Notes under the pieces: generated by a model
What the model saw: the letters and a program-made list of their open reading frames with translations, nothing else
The model's database searches: none
What the model was told of the DNA's origin: nothing
Shown: one piece after another, positions 12,150 through 25,600 of the stretch
Numbering within the stretch: the stretch's first letter is position 1
How the letters are laid out: each line of letters starts with the position of its first letter
NCBI GenBank assembly: GCA_032718475.1
Contig: JAUCBJ010000476.1
Location: 29,787-93,786 of the forward strand
Reading direction: 5' to 3'
DNA from: Nemertoderma westbladi
Taxonomy: Eukaryota > Animalia > Xenacoelomorpha
DNA length: 64,000 nucleotides
Made by a program: the position numbers and the translations under genes

Positions 12150-14115
12150 TACATAGTAACAGATAAAGTTGGCAATATGTTTTTCAATCGTGTTGTAAAT
12201 GTGTGGAACAGCCTGTCCAATGACGTAGTTAATTCGCATAGCCTTGTCTGTTTTAAAACCAAACTCCGTAAATGTGATTTTAGCTCATATTGTAAATTTG
12301 ATAGAAATCTGTGAATTCCATAATTTTATTGTTATTGTAGAGTTGTGTACATTTTATTGTTGAGTTGTGTACATTTTATTGTTATTGTTGAGTTGTGTAC
12401 ATTTTATTGTTATTGTTGAGTTGTGTACATTTTATTGTTATTGTTGAGTTGTGTACATTTTATTGTTATTGTTGAGTTGTGTACATTTTATTGTTATTGT
12501 TGAGTTGTGTACATTTTATTGTTATTGTTGAGTTGTGTACATTTTATTGTTATTGTTGAGTTGTGTACATTTTATTGTTATTGTTGAGTTGTGTACATTT
12601 TATTGTTATTGTTGAGTTGTGTACATTTTATTGTTATTTTTGAGTTGTGTACATTTTATTGTTATTGTTGAGTTGTGTACATTTTATTGTTATTGTTGAG
12701 TTGTGTACATTTTATTGTTATTGTTGAGTTGTGTACATTTTATTGTTATTGTTGAGTTGTGTACATTTTATTGTTATTGTTGAGTTGTGTACATTTTATT
12801 GTTATTGTTGAGTTGTTTACATTTTATTGTTATTGTTGAGTTGTGTACATTTTATTGTTATTGTTGAGTTGTGTACATTTATTGTTATTGTTGAGTTGTT
12901 TACATTTTATTGTTATTGTTGAGTTGTTTACATTTTATTGTTATTGTTGAGTTGTGTACATTTTATTGTTATTGTTGAGTTGTGTACATTTTATTGTTAT
13001 TGTTGAGTTGTGTACATTTTATTGTTATTGTTGAGTTGTGTACATTTTATTGTTATTGTTGAGTTGTGTACATTTTATTGTTATTGTTGAGTTGTGTACA
13101 TTTTATTGTTATTGTTGAGTTGTGTACATTTTATTGTTATTGTTGAGTTGTGTACATTTTATTGTTATTGTTGAGTTGTGTACATTTTATTGTTATTGTT
13201 GAGTTGTGTACATTTTATTGTTATTGTTGAGTTGTGTACATTTTATTGTTATTGTTGAGTTGTTTACATTTTATTGTTATTGTTGAGTTGTGTACATTTT
13301 ATTGTTATTGTTGAGTTGTGTACATTTTATTGTTATTGTTGAGTTGTGTACATTTTATTGTTATTGTTGAGTTGTGTACATTTTATTGTTATTGTTGAGT
13401 TGTGTACATTTTATTGTTATTGTTGAGTTGTGTACATTTTATTGTTATTGTTGAGTTGTGTACATTTTATTGTTATTGTTGAGTTGTGTACATTTTATTG
13501 ATATTGTTGAGTTGTTTACATTTTATTGATATTGTTGAGTTGTGTACATTTTATTGTTATTGTTGAGTTGTGTACATTTTATTGATATTGTTGAGTTGTT
13601 TACATTTTATTGATATTGTTGAGTTGTGTACATTTTATTGTTATTGTTGAGTTGTGTACATTTTATTGTTATTGTTGAGTTGTGTACATTTTATTGTTAT
13701 TGTTGAGTTGTGTACATTTTATTGTTATTGTTGAGTTGTGTACATTTTATTGTTATTGTTGAGTTGTGTACATTTTATTGTTATTGTTGAGTTGTGTACA
13801 TTTTATTGTTATTGTTGAGTTGTGTACATTTTATTGATATTGTTGAGTTGTTTACATTTTATTGATATTGTTGAGTTGTGTACATGTTATTGTTGAGTTG
13901 TGTACATTTTATAATTAGTATCCTTTGTGTTGTTAAATACATATTTTATTTTTACTCACTGCTGGAACATAAGTCGCTTCGACATAACCAGACAGTGTTT
14001 GTTTTTAACCAGTTTTCATATTTTAAATAAATAACTAATGTGCGTGCATTTTATAATTCGTGCGCTGTTTCAACATATGTAGATGTATCTGCATTAAATA
14101 AAACTATTACTATTG
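12150..14115 (+). mobile_element. CR1-like LINE 3' fragment with an expanded 3' UTR satellite
   Basis: Translates as FFNRVVNVWNSLSNDVVNSHSLVCFKTKL, a typical CR1 ORF2 end. The UTR resumes after the array and ends aataaaactattactatt. Confidence 0.7.
12325..13910. repeat. 28-bp satellite (ttgagttgtgtacattttattgttattg), ~55 copies
   Basis: Highly homogeneous tandem array. Confidence 0.97.
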
Positions 14116-14483
14116 AAAGCCTGGTATTCTTTCCGTTCACATAACTAATGCTTCGTGTGGTGCGAGCCTTAAAGGTGAAGTTAAATAACAACAAACTCGA
14201 CTCATCAGATGATACTATATTTATGTATTATTATATTAAATAATGTTTATAAGAATCAAGCCTTTTTTAAAACGAGACTTTTGGGTGCAGCTCTTGAATT
14301 TATTTGACGAAAATTAATTTAAATTAATAATTCATATTAAATAATTAAATTCATTCAATAATTAATTTATATGAAATAAATAACTAAAACGGCATGTTAT
14401 CTTCACAGCCATTATTTTATACTCAATTAGCTATTATTTAAAAAATATATATTTTTGCCAATTCCAACTTTGTTATTGATTAG

Positions 14484-15842
14484 TGGCCCGTATGCATAAA
14501 ACAGTCCTAAATTTACGTCCGTCGATTCATCTAAATAAATCGTAAGTTGGATTACGACTATCGTGGCGACGATTGTCGTACATTGGTTTGCATAAAACTG
14601 TTTACGATTAAGGGGGGGGGGGGGGGGGGGTTCCCCCTCCTTGGGTAAAATTTTCACATTTTTGGTTTTCTATTTCATCTGATGCAGAATTTAATGGGGA
14701 GTTCAAATCTTGAAACAGTTTGGCGAGATCATATTTTAGTTCTCGAGTTATCGCTGTCTTTCCGTCTATCAGTTTGTCCGTCAAAATTTAGAACACAGAC
14801 AGTCAGACATGCTGTCAGACAGACATATTAGATGCCACCAAACATTAAAACTGACATCAGAAATGAAATCACCGACCCCGAAAACCCCCATATTGATAAT
14901 TTTAGTGAGTTGGTATGAAGCCATAGTGTCAAACATTACTGACCGATTAACAGACTACAGACAGTCAGGTTTGAGCGGGAAGGTTAAAATTGTAAAGAAA
15001 ATTATCTCGTAATTACATTTCACGTTATTTCCATTTTTCAAAATACTACTCCTCCGCCGTTTTTCACCGAAATTCGATAATTTATGGCTCGTTTGAAAGC
15101 TTTTTTGAACATCTTGAAAAATTATCCAGCACTTTTTTGAAAAATTTTTTTTTTTAATATAATTGAAAATTTGAATTTATTTTAATTAATTAATTTACTT
15201 AAAAATTAATAATTTAAAAAATCGGCTGGATAATTTTTGTAGAAACGATGGTGCTGAGTCCAAAAAAGTTGGTTAAAAAAAATACGATAAATATTAAGGG
15301 ACTAGTAGTGTTTTTAGTGAAATATTTAATTCCGCCACTCGCCGCTAGAGGGACACAAAAAAATTTAAAATTTCATTTTTTGTTGCTCTTTGGCCTTCCC
15401 CACGTTGGCTGACCCCCCCCCCCCCCCCCCCCCCTTAATCGTGCTTCCGATTATCGTAATTTAGTTACGATGCTACTGTATTTTAGAGTGTTGCTGGGCA
15501 ACTCTGTGAACAATACTGTGAAAATCTGAGATTCCTATTATGTTCCTTATAATTACAATATAATTCACGACTGTTGTATTGTTTTATAGGTAGCCTTAGC
15601 AACAGTCTCCTATACTACATTTTAGCCAATAAAAATTGAGTTCAATGTAAACTGGAGCAGATCGTAACTTTAATACTCGATAGAGAGCACCCTTAAATTT
15701 ATGATCGAAATGAATCGTAAGTTTACAATCAAAGAGGCTGACAATTTTTATGCATATCGAATTTATTTACGATAGTCGTATCTGCTGACATACGACGATC
15801 GGAGGATTACGACGGTCGTAAGTGTTTTATGCATACGGGCCA
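14484..15842. mobile_element. Non-autonomous DNA transposon (MITE) with 20-bp TIR tggcccgtatgcataaaaca
   Basis: TIR at 14484-14503 and its reverse complement at 15823-15842, with subterminal ttacga/tcgtaa motifs. Confidence 0.75.
14612..15434. mobile_element. Nested TTAA-target element with poly-G/poly-C termini (Kolobok-like MITE)
   Basis: TTAA at 14608-14611 and 15435-15438 flanks G-run/C-run termini. An inverted partial copy lies at 41205-41897. Confidence 0.7.
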
Positions 15843-18071
15843 ATATCCTACAATATCTTAGCAATTATAGAAAACTAATTTGTCAATATTTGTCTAGAAC
15901 AAATAATTTATTGTTCTAGAACATTTTTTATCAATTATGTAGAAATGTTTGGTATTTTTAAAAAATGAATTCGTATTATTAAACATCATTTTTTCAACCA
16001 ATTATCATGGTAAAGTAAATGTAACGCATATAGATTATATATTTTGTTACATTATATCAACTTAACCGCGTTCTGGTGAATTACTCGTAACGCTGCAAAG
16101 TACTAGTTTGCATCGTTGCGGCCTATAGGACAGAACGCTGCAAAGTAATCAATGACATGGAAACATTCCAGAATGTATTATTTCCATTTATGTATGTAAT
16201 TATTATTTATTATGTCACATTATTTAGGTCCTCTTTATTATCCAGTTTGCAGTGACGGGACTACAGGACTAGCTAGGTCTACTGTATGCAGAGGTGTAGC
16301 GAGGGGGGGGGGGGGAGTTGGGGGAGGGGAATGTTCCCCCGGGCGCACTCACCCGGGGGCGCTGAAATGCCAGGCAAACATGTCAGGGCATTAAGTAACA
16401 AGTCTCTGATTCAACTCTAATTGCTTGCAAAGGTCACTTTTCAGCGTTAAAGACTCTTGTTTATTTATGTAAACCTCGCTCGCTGCGCTCGCTCGGGACA
16501 TAACGCTGCAAAGTGCTACTTTGCTCACAATTATGTTAATAGTTATTTATGTATGTTATTGCAATTAAATTAAAATTTAGACATTTATTTAAATTAAAAT
16601 AATTTACCTAAACCAGATCTTAAATCCATATTTTTTTAATTACGTTTTCGGACTTCCGGTAATGGTAAAAAGTGTTCCTTTAACTTAAAAGGGTAATAAT
16701 AATGCAGCAATTATAATCGATGATGTCTAAATTGTATGATAACTAATAATATATAACAGGAATGAACCTTTTACAATAAATTTAACAAACACCAGTAATA
16801 ATATTAATATTATATGAATGTTTATTATATAACCTACGACTTACCTCCTACAGTATAATACGTAATGTACTTACAACGTACAATAGTTAGTAAATTAACA
16901 ATTATTAATTATAAAAGATCTTAGTTTCTATAACAACTTTACTACAAACAGACACTCAAACAAAAAGTAAATAATTACTTTATGTATAATATAATATATA
17001 GTTGTATGAGAACGACAACAATAACCAAATAATTGGGTGTCTATTGGGATTCGAACTCGGTACCTAGGATTCATTATTTACGGCACTACAATACAACTAA
17101 GGTCGCACCGGATATCACTTTATGATATCCGTCTTACCATACTATTCAGCCATACTAATTGAGAGTTTGTTTATTTGTGATATAATATCATTTCTATATA
17201 ACATTTTATTTGTGCAATTTATAGAAAAGTTGCAAATAATAGACCCAAACACAAAATACCGGGCCAGAAACGCAATATAATTAGGCTGTTTGCAGGATAT
17301 TGTATATAAATATATTGTGCACAACTAAAGATAGAAGGAATGTATTTAATACCCCTTTATTAGCCCACAGTTTCTCAAGAACTCTTAAATTTATGTTGAC
17401 AGTTAAATTAATCTAATTTTTTTATACATCTTAGTGAAGTCTAGGTGGCAGGTGGGATCGAATTGGTGACCTCCAGATTGGAGCTTTTTAACCATTCCAA
17501 TAGAAGAACATGACTTTTTAGCTGACTTCACAAACCTATGTCCATCTATTCTCTCGAGTGAAATTTAATATAACGATCGCCATTAATACCAATAATTTTA
17601 TGTAAACAATTGTGAACGATTTAAATTGTAATGTGTTAGATAAACCTGTCCCATACCGGTACCAGGGTAAAATAAAGTATGATATCACGATATCAGTAAT
17701 ATATTAGATATAATTACTTTGAACAACATTCAATATTTAGTGATATTCCAAAAAAATACAATTACAATATTGACCTACCGGTACTATAATAATTTACTAA
17801 ATTAATTACAATTATTATTATAACTTTGTTCAGAATGTTATTAATTTATTTTCCGTAGGTTTTAACAGAAAGTAAATAAATAACGCAGAAACAAAAACAA
17901 CCTGTATTTTAAACTAAATTAACAATCAAATAATCTAACTGACAAGTGTAACATATAAATAATACATGAAGACATATATGTGTCGCGCCACAGTAGTTAG
18001 TTAGAATATGTGGGGATTCGATGATTGGGAATTTAATTAATAGCAACTGCTGAACTGCGAAATGTTAAACC

Positions 18072-18713
18072 CTAGGTCGAGGCGCCTGGCGCTATACTGG
18101 CATTAGAGCTCTGCAAAATACCAACGATAACCCCAAATAAACCGATAGCGCTCGCAAAAATCTCGATAATTAAAATCTTAACGAATAGGGCGGGATTGGC
18201 CGCGTCTGAGAGCGCGGCCCCGGAACCTACAACCCCAACGCAAACACCGCAGAATAGGTTGGATAAACCGACGGTTAGCCCAGCGCCGAAGATGGAGAAT
18301 CCACCGAATACATTCTGTCGCATCTGTTTGGCAGATACGGTGAGGGGGTCGTAATCCTCCACCATGTTGGCCGTAACTATCGACATGATAATACCGTAAA
18401 TAGCGACGGCCTCGCAGAATATAATCGAAATGAGGTTTTTTGTTTTGATTCGCGGCGCTTTTACGGCTCCTCCAATAATACTTGTGCCGGTTATGTAGAT
18501 ACCGGTAGCCGCTCCGACTACAGACAGCGATATGGACAGGCCTACGCCGACGAAGGCCCACGCGTGCGGGGGGATCGCGAGTAGTAGCCAACCAACGTCG
18601 AAACGGTAGCCCTGGTCCGATAGGAGGAAGAATAATCCGGTTAGAACGAGGAGGAATATAACAATGCTGGAGATTACTTGGGAGTGAATAGAGATGATGT
18701 TTTCCGAACCCAT
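18072..18713 (-). CDS. ATP6V0B: V-ATPase 21-kDa proteolipid subunit c'' (intronless)
   Basis: [27 protein letters not shown] (conserved Glu), [46 protein letters not shown]. First ATG at 18713. Confidence 0.95.
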   Translation of the reverse strand: MGSENIISIHSQVISSIVIFLLVLTGLFFLLSDQGYRFDVGWLLLAIPPHAWAFVGVGLSISLSVVGAATGIYITGTSIIGGAVKAPRIKTKNLISIIFCEAVAIYGIIMSIVTANMVEDYDPLTVSAKQMRQNVFGGFSIFGAGLTVGLSNLFCGVCVGVVGSGAALSDAANPALFVKILIIEIFASAIGLFGVIVGILQSSNASIAPGAST

Positions 18714-19728
18714 TGTTCGGTTGGAATGCACTTCCGGAGTTCAGCAGTTGTTTATTGATTGTTTATCTATTATCATGTACCGGTACTGCGATCTGGCGAT
18801 AGTCTGATAGTCCTAGCGGTATGCCTCTATCTTCTATTTTGCAACGACAATGCAGCAGCAGCACTGCTGCACTGAGTACGCCTACTGACTGACTGAAGAC
18901 TGAACTGACTGAGAAAATGTTACCAATCCTGCAATCCTTCAATCTGTCGTGCAGCAGTGCCCTATCAGCCTATCCATCTACCGGTATCGTAATCGTACCG
19001 ATAACCTGATAAAGGCTGAACGGTAGGGATAGCCTGCCTATTCTTCCCGCCTACAGTCTGACAGTACAGAAGTACACCTGACGTAGATAGATCAGTAGAT
19101 AGATAGACAGATCTGCAGATACAGAGATAGAGCAGTACAGCATGCAGCAGTACGTGACTGGAATACTTACAGGTTTGAGTACAGATCTGCGGCGCGCTCT
19201 TGCGCATCCAGAAATGCGGCGCGGTGCGATTTTACTGTTTTACGCAAATAGAACGTCAGACTGCAGGACTGTCAGAAATATGTCAAACAAAATGTCCTAC
19301 TACTGCTGTACTGTAACTGTACCGTACTACATACTAGCAACACAGTATCAGTATACTGTTAAGGTTTAGGCTACTGGTTTAGCTTAGGCAGTTAGGCCCT
19401 AACTCCTTCTGTCCTTTGAAGTTTGACCGTTTGACTCGATCTCTAATTTAATTTCACTCCATTTTCTCTTTAAACACAGCCAACAAATTTGAAAATACTG
19501 TATTTTTCGTAATGCAGTACCTAACAGCCTAATAGGCCTATAGATGTATAGTACTTTTTTGTCAGTCAGTACCGGCAGTGCGCTGGTGCGGCAGATCGGT
19601 CCGGTATACAGTTGAATTTGTGGTTTTGGAGCTCAGGTGCTTTAGTGCGGTGCGGCACACTAAAATCTAACTGCAGCGCAAGGTAACAGTTTAGCGGTTC
19701 GGCAGTTTAGGCCTAACCGGTATGTTCG

Positions 19729-20000
19729 TTGTGGGGCGAGGGACGAAAGTAAGCGAGCTTAGCATACATGTACCACTAACTCAATCGGTGTGTCTGTTGC
19801 TCTGTGGGGCTCTTGGCGTAGTGGCACCATTAATCAACCTGTCGTTCTGTTGATCTGTCGCTGTTTTTTTTGCAGTGTTCAATTTTAAACGTTAATAACT
19901 GGGCCAATCCTTGATGACATCTATCCAAACTTGGTATGGTACACATGTTTTTTGGCAAAAGTTTAGAAATTTTCCAAGTTGAATTCGTGTGTGGTCTTCG
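19729..20000 (+). repeat. Interspersed repeat, second copy at ~49671-49885
   Basis: Shared tgtggggcgag.gacgaaagtaagcgag...gtaccactaactcaatcggtgtg...agaaattttccaagttgaatt. Confidence 0.75.
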
Positions 20001-20736
20001 AGAAGCTAAGATAAAAAAGCAGTTAATTAGTTAATTAAGTTGATTAGCCTGTCTTTTAACGGAAATTACTTATTTTAGTATAAGATTTAAATAATTATAC
20101 TTAAAAATTATACAGATGTAATCCACATACCTCATTCTATTATAGTTTTTAATTAGTCAGTTAGTTCAAGTGATTTTCTTTAATAATTGTGTCTTTTGTT
20201 TAATTGATCTAAAGTATAATTAAAACGGCATAAAAAAATTATGCGCAATAAATACTGCTCATTTATTGGCTAACATGCAAGTTGGCTGGTATATTTGGGA
20301 AGGATGTGTGTGTAAGGCAGCCAGTTGCTGGGAATTCAAGTGGAGGGGGGTGGATTGTATGTGACTCATGCCGTAGGCCATGCTCATGCCACACACAAGC
20401 AGGTAGAGTGCTTGGCCAGCTCTCGTCTAAGCCTCAGGTAATAATTAGACAGATCTCATTTAATATTGTCAATAACATTACCACTGTAGAAGGCTTTTTA
20501 TATCCAAAATTGTTTATTCCTCAAAATATTAGGCTTATTATTTTTTGATAGGATTTCTGTGTAGGCCTATTTGAATTGTTTACACTGAGGCATTAACAGA
20601 GGGTACTGGTATATTAAATTAATTATTTGAATACCATTACTGCATCGACTGCATTTAGCTGTTTAGTACTGCGTTGATTATATTCCTATAAACCAATTGC
20701 TGGTTTCGCATATTGAACGTATCGATAGTTATAAAG

Positions 20737-21283
20737 TGTGACGGGATCCACGAAGGATCCCGGTTTATCCGGTTTGTCGATCTACGCGTCCCCGCCGTGT
20801 GTGAAAGGTAAAAAGAGTTTGCGTTGTTCGTCGTATATAATGTTCGGGCATATAGATAGATATAGATAATATATTGTAATGTAAAGCTGTGAATAATATT
20901 ATATGGAAGGCGGGAGACGGTGATTGAAGTCCCGGTACTTCCCTAGCTAAACTAACCTAACTAACACCAAATAGCACACTGAGATAACTGAATAACTGAT
21001 TGCTGGTGCCTAATAATATACTGCACGGTTTGGCCTTGCTACAGTACCTAGCCGATGCTTCCCCCCCATTGGCTAATATCCCTGTTGGCGCCCTTTGGAG
21101 TGTTCCCGTTCACTCCAGCTATTCTCTCTCTGTTAGGGGTTTGGCCCCTGACCTTTATTGTTCGTTTCTCCTTCCCACTTTGTTGGGGTGGCACGAGTGG
21201 TTGATTACCCAACCTCGTGGCCCCCAATATTGCTTAATGGTTTACTTTATGGGGTTGGGTGAGGCGGAATTGATTCGCTAACA
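20737..21283 (-). repeat. 3' LTR of BEL/Pao-like element
   Basis: TG...CA ends (tgtgacggg...gctaaca), similar to 27756-28275. A polypurine tract (ggggggag on minus) is adjacent at 21284-21291. Confidence 0.88.
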
Positions 21284-21859
21284 CTCCCCCCATGCTATCT
21301 TCCCGGTGAGAAGATAGCATCAACCTCTAAGTGCGCTTCAATTCCGCTGGATCCCGATCTAGTATCGGGTGTGGGGTGGGATTATTTTCTTGGAGTCGGC
21401 TTTCCAGGCCGCTCCCTATGGGTATGATGTCACTACCCTCTGGCATCTCGTGTCGGGCCGATCGTGCACTTCTCTCACACAATTTTTGTTTCCCCGACAT
21501 TCTCACCACTCTAGCTCCGCTCTCTAACTCAACTCGCTCTTATTCTCTCCCCACACCTGAATCGCACTCTTCTCTCTCGCCAACAGCTCTTCTCACTATC
21601 TCCTCCCTACTCTCTGCCACTCCCTAAGGCCCTAATCTCTAATGCTACCCCTGTGCTATCATATTATCTACCTACTACTCACTTGGTAACTATCTAACTC
21701 TCTTACTCTCTACTAACTCTCCGACTCTAACTAGCTCTACTAAGTCTAACTAACTCCTACTAATTCTCTACTAACCTCTAGCTCTAACTCTACTAACCTC
21801 TAACTGTACTCTCTGCTAAGTCTACTAACTCTTTCCTAACTCTGACTAAAACCCTCCAT

Positions 21860-22432
21860 CTACGTGGCGCTTGTGGTGCCCACAACCATTCTACTACTAC
21901 TTCTACTCTGCTACTATCTTTCTAACTCTACTAACTCTCTACTATCTCTAACTCTACTAGCTGGCACCCTATGTGCCCGCCTCTACTACTCTACTGCCTG
22001 GCACCCTATGTGCCCTCTCTACTACTCAACTACCTCTCTAACTCTACTACCTGGCACCCTATGTGCCCGTCTCTACCACTCTACTACCTGGCACCCCATG
22101 TGCCCTCTCCACTACTGTACTCTATCTACATCTCCACCTCCACTAATACCTCTATCTACGTGGCGCTTGCGGTGCCCACAACCACTCTCTGCTACTACTT
22201 TCTACGTGGCGCTTCTGGTGCCCACAACCCCTCTCTTACTACTTTCTACGTGGCGCTTATGGTGCCCACAACCACTCTACCACTACTACTTTCTACGTGG
22301 CGCTTCCGGTGCCCACGACCCCCCTACTACTACTCCTTTCTACGTGGCGCTTCCGGTGCCCACGACCCCCCTACTACTACTCCTTTCTACGTGGCGCTTC
22401 CGGTGCCCACGACCCCCCTACTACTACTCGTG
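21860..22432. repeat. Tandem 43-47-bp hairpin-containing repeats in the BEL element 3' non-coding region
   Basis: Repeated tctacgtggcgcttccggtgcccacgacccccctactactactcc units, plus ctggcaccctatgtgccc units. Confidence 0.85.
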
Positions 22433-22639
22433 GCATGACAATATGCCACACTCCCTTACCCCGCCGCCTTCTAACTCTACTCTCCTTCTACTAACTTATC
22501 TCCTGTTCTACTACTTACTATCTCTTCTAACTATTATTTAATTAATTTTATTATTTATTTTTTAATTAAATAATTATTTATATGTGGGAAGGGCGTCTCG
22601 CCCTCATTCCCACCCCCCTCAGTCCAAAATCTTGGACGA

Positions 22640-25600
22640 CTAAACTTTCAGGTGCCCCTTCTTCCAGTAGGCACTCTCCCACTGCCCTCCTATACGTCCT
22701 CTTACTCTTCGCCACGCTCTCCCCGCCAACTCCAACTGACCAGGAATTGGCTCTCCCTCTTCCGCCACCCCAAAATCGGGTCTCTCCGCCGCCTTCTTAA
22801 CCATCTCGTCTCCTGGCATCAAAATGCCATCTCCCTCCTTGTTATCTCCCGGTGGCAGAATGAATAGAAAGTGAAAGAACAGGCAAAACAGAAGGTACAA
22901 CAGCAGTCCTACCCCTCTCCATCCTGCCCCCCCTCTCGACCTCCCCCCCGTCGGCACGCCTCTCAACCGGACCGGCGTCTCCTCCGGACACTCCCCCGGA
23001 CACCCCTCCGGACTATTGTCCTCCTGACACTTCACCGGACACTCCTCCGGAGTGTTGTCCCCCGGACACCCCGCCGTCCGCTCCCCTCCATCCCCACACC
23101 GACACCCGCTGGGAAGTCTATTATCCTCCGCCCACTCTCTTATTGTTACTTTCCTGTCTGGCTCTACTATCTCCTCCGGCTTCTTATCTTCGTCCTCTGT
23201 GTCTACGGTGCCTGGTAACATGCACCCTGATGTCTCTGTCACACTGCATGGGATCTTGGTTTTAACTGGGCCGCTAAGCGTCCATCCGAACGGCGTGAGG
23301 ATCGCCGTCGGGTCCCGCTGCCTGTCTTCGCCGAAGACCGTCCGTGTTCTCTCGTGGGCCGTCGGGCAGTCCATTCCTACTATAATGGACACCTTCCTAA
23401 CGTCCACCTTTGGTATTGAGAAATCGATACCGTCCAGGAATCTATACTGCTCGACCTCAATGTTGGTTGGTCGCCTGGCGTTGATATTTATCGATTCTAT
23501 GACGTGGATGGGGTCGATCGTCGCCCCATAGTCGCATCCCGGTGCAATCGCTGCTATCCTGCACCGCCCCGTCCTCGTCTCCAGGACCTCATCTTTACTC
23601 GAGACGGTAGTTACCGCCATTCTATTCGGCCTCGTCTTTAGCCCTATCTCTTCGGCCACCCAGTTCTCCACCAGCGTGAAGGCTGCTCCGCTGTCGACCA
23701 GCATTAATGTCGTTACTGATCGACCGCCCTCTCCTGATATCTTTACTGGTACTACCCCGAGTAGTACTTTTCTCTTCTTCTCCTCTTCTGTCATGCTTGT
23801 AGCCATTGTTTGGCCTCCAGTCTCCTCCTCTCTTGCTGCTGTTTCTCTACACTCTCCGGGTCTGTGTCCTTCTACCACACATCGATGACATAGTCCGTTT
23901 GCGTCTGTGTAGGCTACACGATCTTGTTTGGGCAACGCTTGCCAGTGCTTACAACTCCTGGTCTTATGGGTTCCGTCCCGGTGTAATTGACATTCGAATC
24001 CTGGATTATAGCGTTCCCTGTATAGTCCCTCACGTATCGCGCGTAGGTTTATATGTACCGATTTAGTGTTTTGGTTGTCTGTACTCGGCCTACTGGGTAT
24101 ATTGGGATTGTGTTTATTTATGGTGTTATTTTCTTTCTGTCCCTGCCACGGTGTGGCCCTACTCCCAGCTAACTGTGGGCTTGTAGCCCCCTGTGTGGCC
24201 GCGTGTGGTAGCGACTCTCTTACTCTTGAGAATGGATCCGTCGGATTATGTTCGGGTCCAGGCCTGTTGTATTCGGTCTTTGGTGCCTTCCCCAAACTAT
24301 CCTCACTATAGACTGGGTCTGTAATTAATTCGGCTTCATAGTTTAGGAAGCTCGACATTTCTTCTAGGCCCGGTTCCGCACCTTTCTTCTCTCGAGTGGA
24401 GAAGGCGATCTTCCTCCACTTTCTCCGCAGCCAGATCGGCAGTGCCTGCGCTATCGTGGTGATGTTGTTAGACGCGTTGAGTTCGTATGGTGCGTCTAGC
24501 GTCTTTAACACGATTAACGCCTTCTCGACCTTGTTCGCAAAGGTCTTTATGCTAACGGGATTATCCTGTAGGCCACCCGATGTTATGCCTCTCAGGGTTT
24601 GCCGGATGATCTTGGCTGGGTGCCCGTACTCCCTATCTAACGCCCGCCATGCTGTCGTGAAGCCGCCCTCGATGCCCTGGTATTGCCTCACGATGTCGTA
24701 TGCTGGGCCTCCTGTATATACTTGCAGATATTTTAGGCACTCCGCCTGCGTCAAGTTCTTACTTAATATCTCGTTGCTGTACATGCGCCGAAACTGCAGG
24801 TATTCTTCCGGCCTACTTCCGTCGAATTTAAATGGCTCGACTGGTGGTAACTCGATCCTGGTCTTTAATGCATCGATTAATGTGGCCATTCCCATCGCTT
24901 GCGCTTCCAATGGGTTCGATGGATGTTGTACAGACTCTCCTATTGGGTGCGGTCCGTTCGTCCTATCTGTTGTTGATTTTATTTGTTGCGTCGGATATAT
25001 CATTGGGGGTAACGGCCCCCTCCATATTTCCGTGTCGCACGACCTATTCTCGTCCAAGGGGTTCGATGTTCTTGCTCCTATTGGGGTATATTGTTGATAT
25101 TGTGATGGGGGAATGTCACCCTGTCCCCCCCCCCCCCCCCCCCACCGGTATGTTTGGTACTGGGGTTGATGTTAATATATTGGGGCCCATACATCTATCT
25201 ACAATAACTCTCCCCTCCCCTGGATATATGTTATGTCCCTGTGTATTATAGTCATGCTGCTGTACCGATATAGGCCTACCTACCTCTCGCCTACCTACCG
25301 GTATGTACTCCGCGACTTCCGGGTTTAATCCCGTCGTTCGCGCTACCCTATCGCCTACTCTATCTCTCCCAGCATGGCCTATAATAGTATGTGCAGTAAG
25401 GCCTACAGTATGTCCTGCAGTCTGCATGTGCCCTTCCGAACCGAAGTTTATTCTTCGCGAATCTCGAATCTCCCCGCGACTACCGTACTCTCGATCGGCA
25501 GCTATATCACGTCGGGAAGTTTCCCTTCGATCCCCTCTCCTGCTCTCTTCTTCGTACCGGTACGTCCTGTACCGCTCTCCTGGTGTGCGGTGCGTTTCTC

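Noticed and set aside
14809-15012. Repeated small ORF MKSPTPKTPILIILVSWYEAIV (also 41634-41867)
   Set aside because: Lies within two copies of a non-autonomous DNA element; the identity reflects the repeat, not a gene.
21860-22541. CRISPR-like hairpin array or plus-strand Leu/Tyr-rich ORFs
   Set aside because: Linkers are low-complexity and related to each other; the ORFs are by-products of tandem repeats inside an LTR element.
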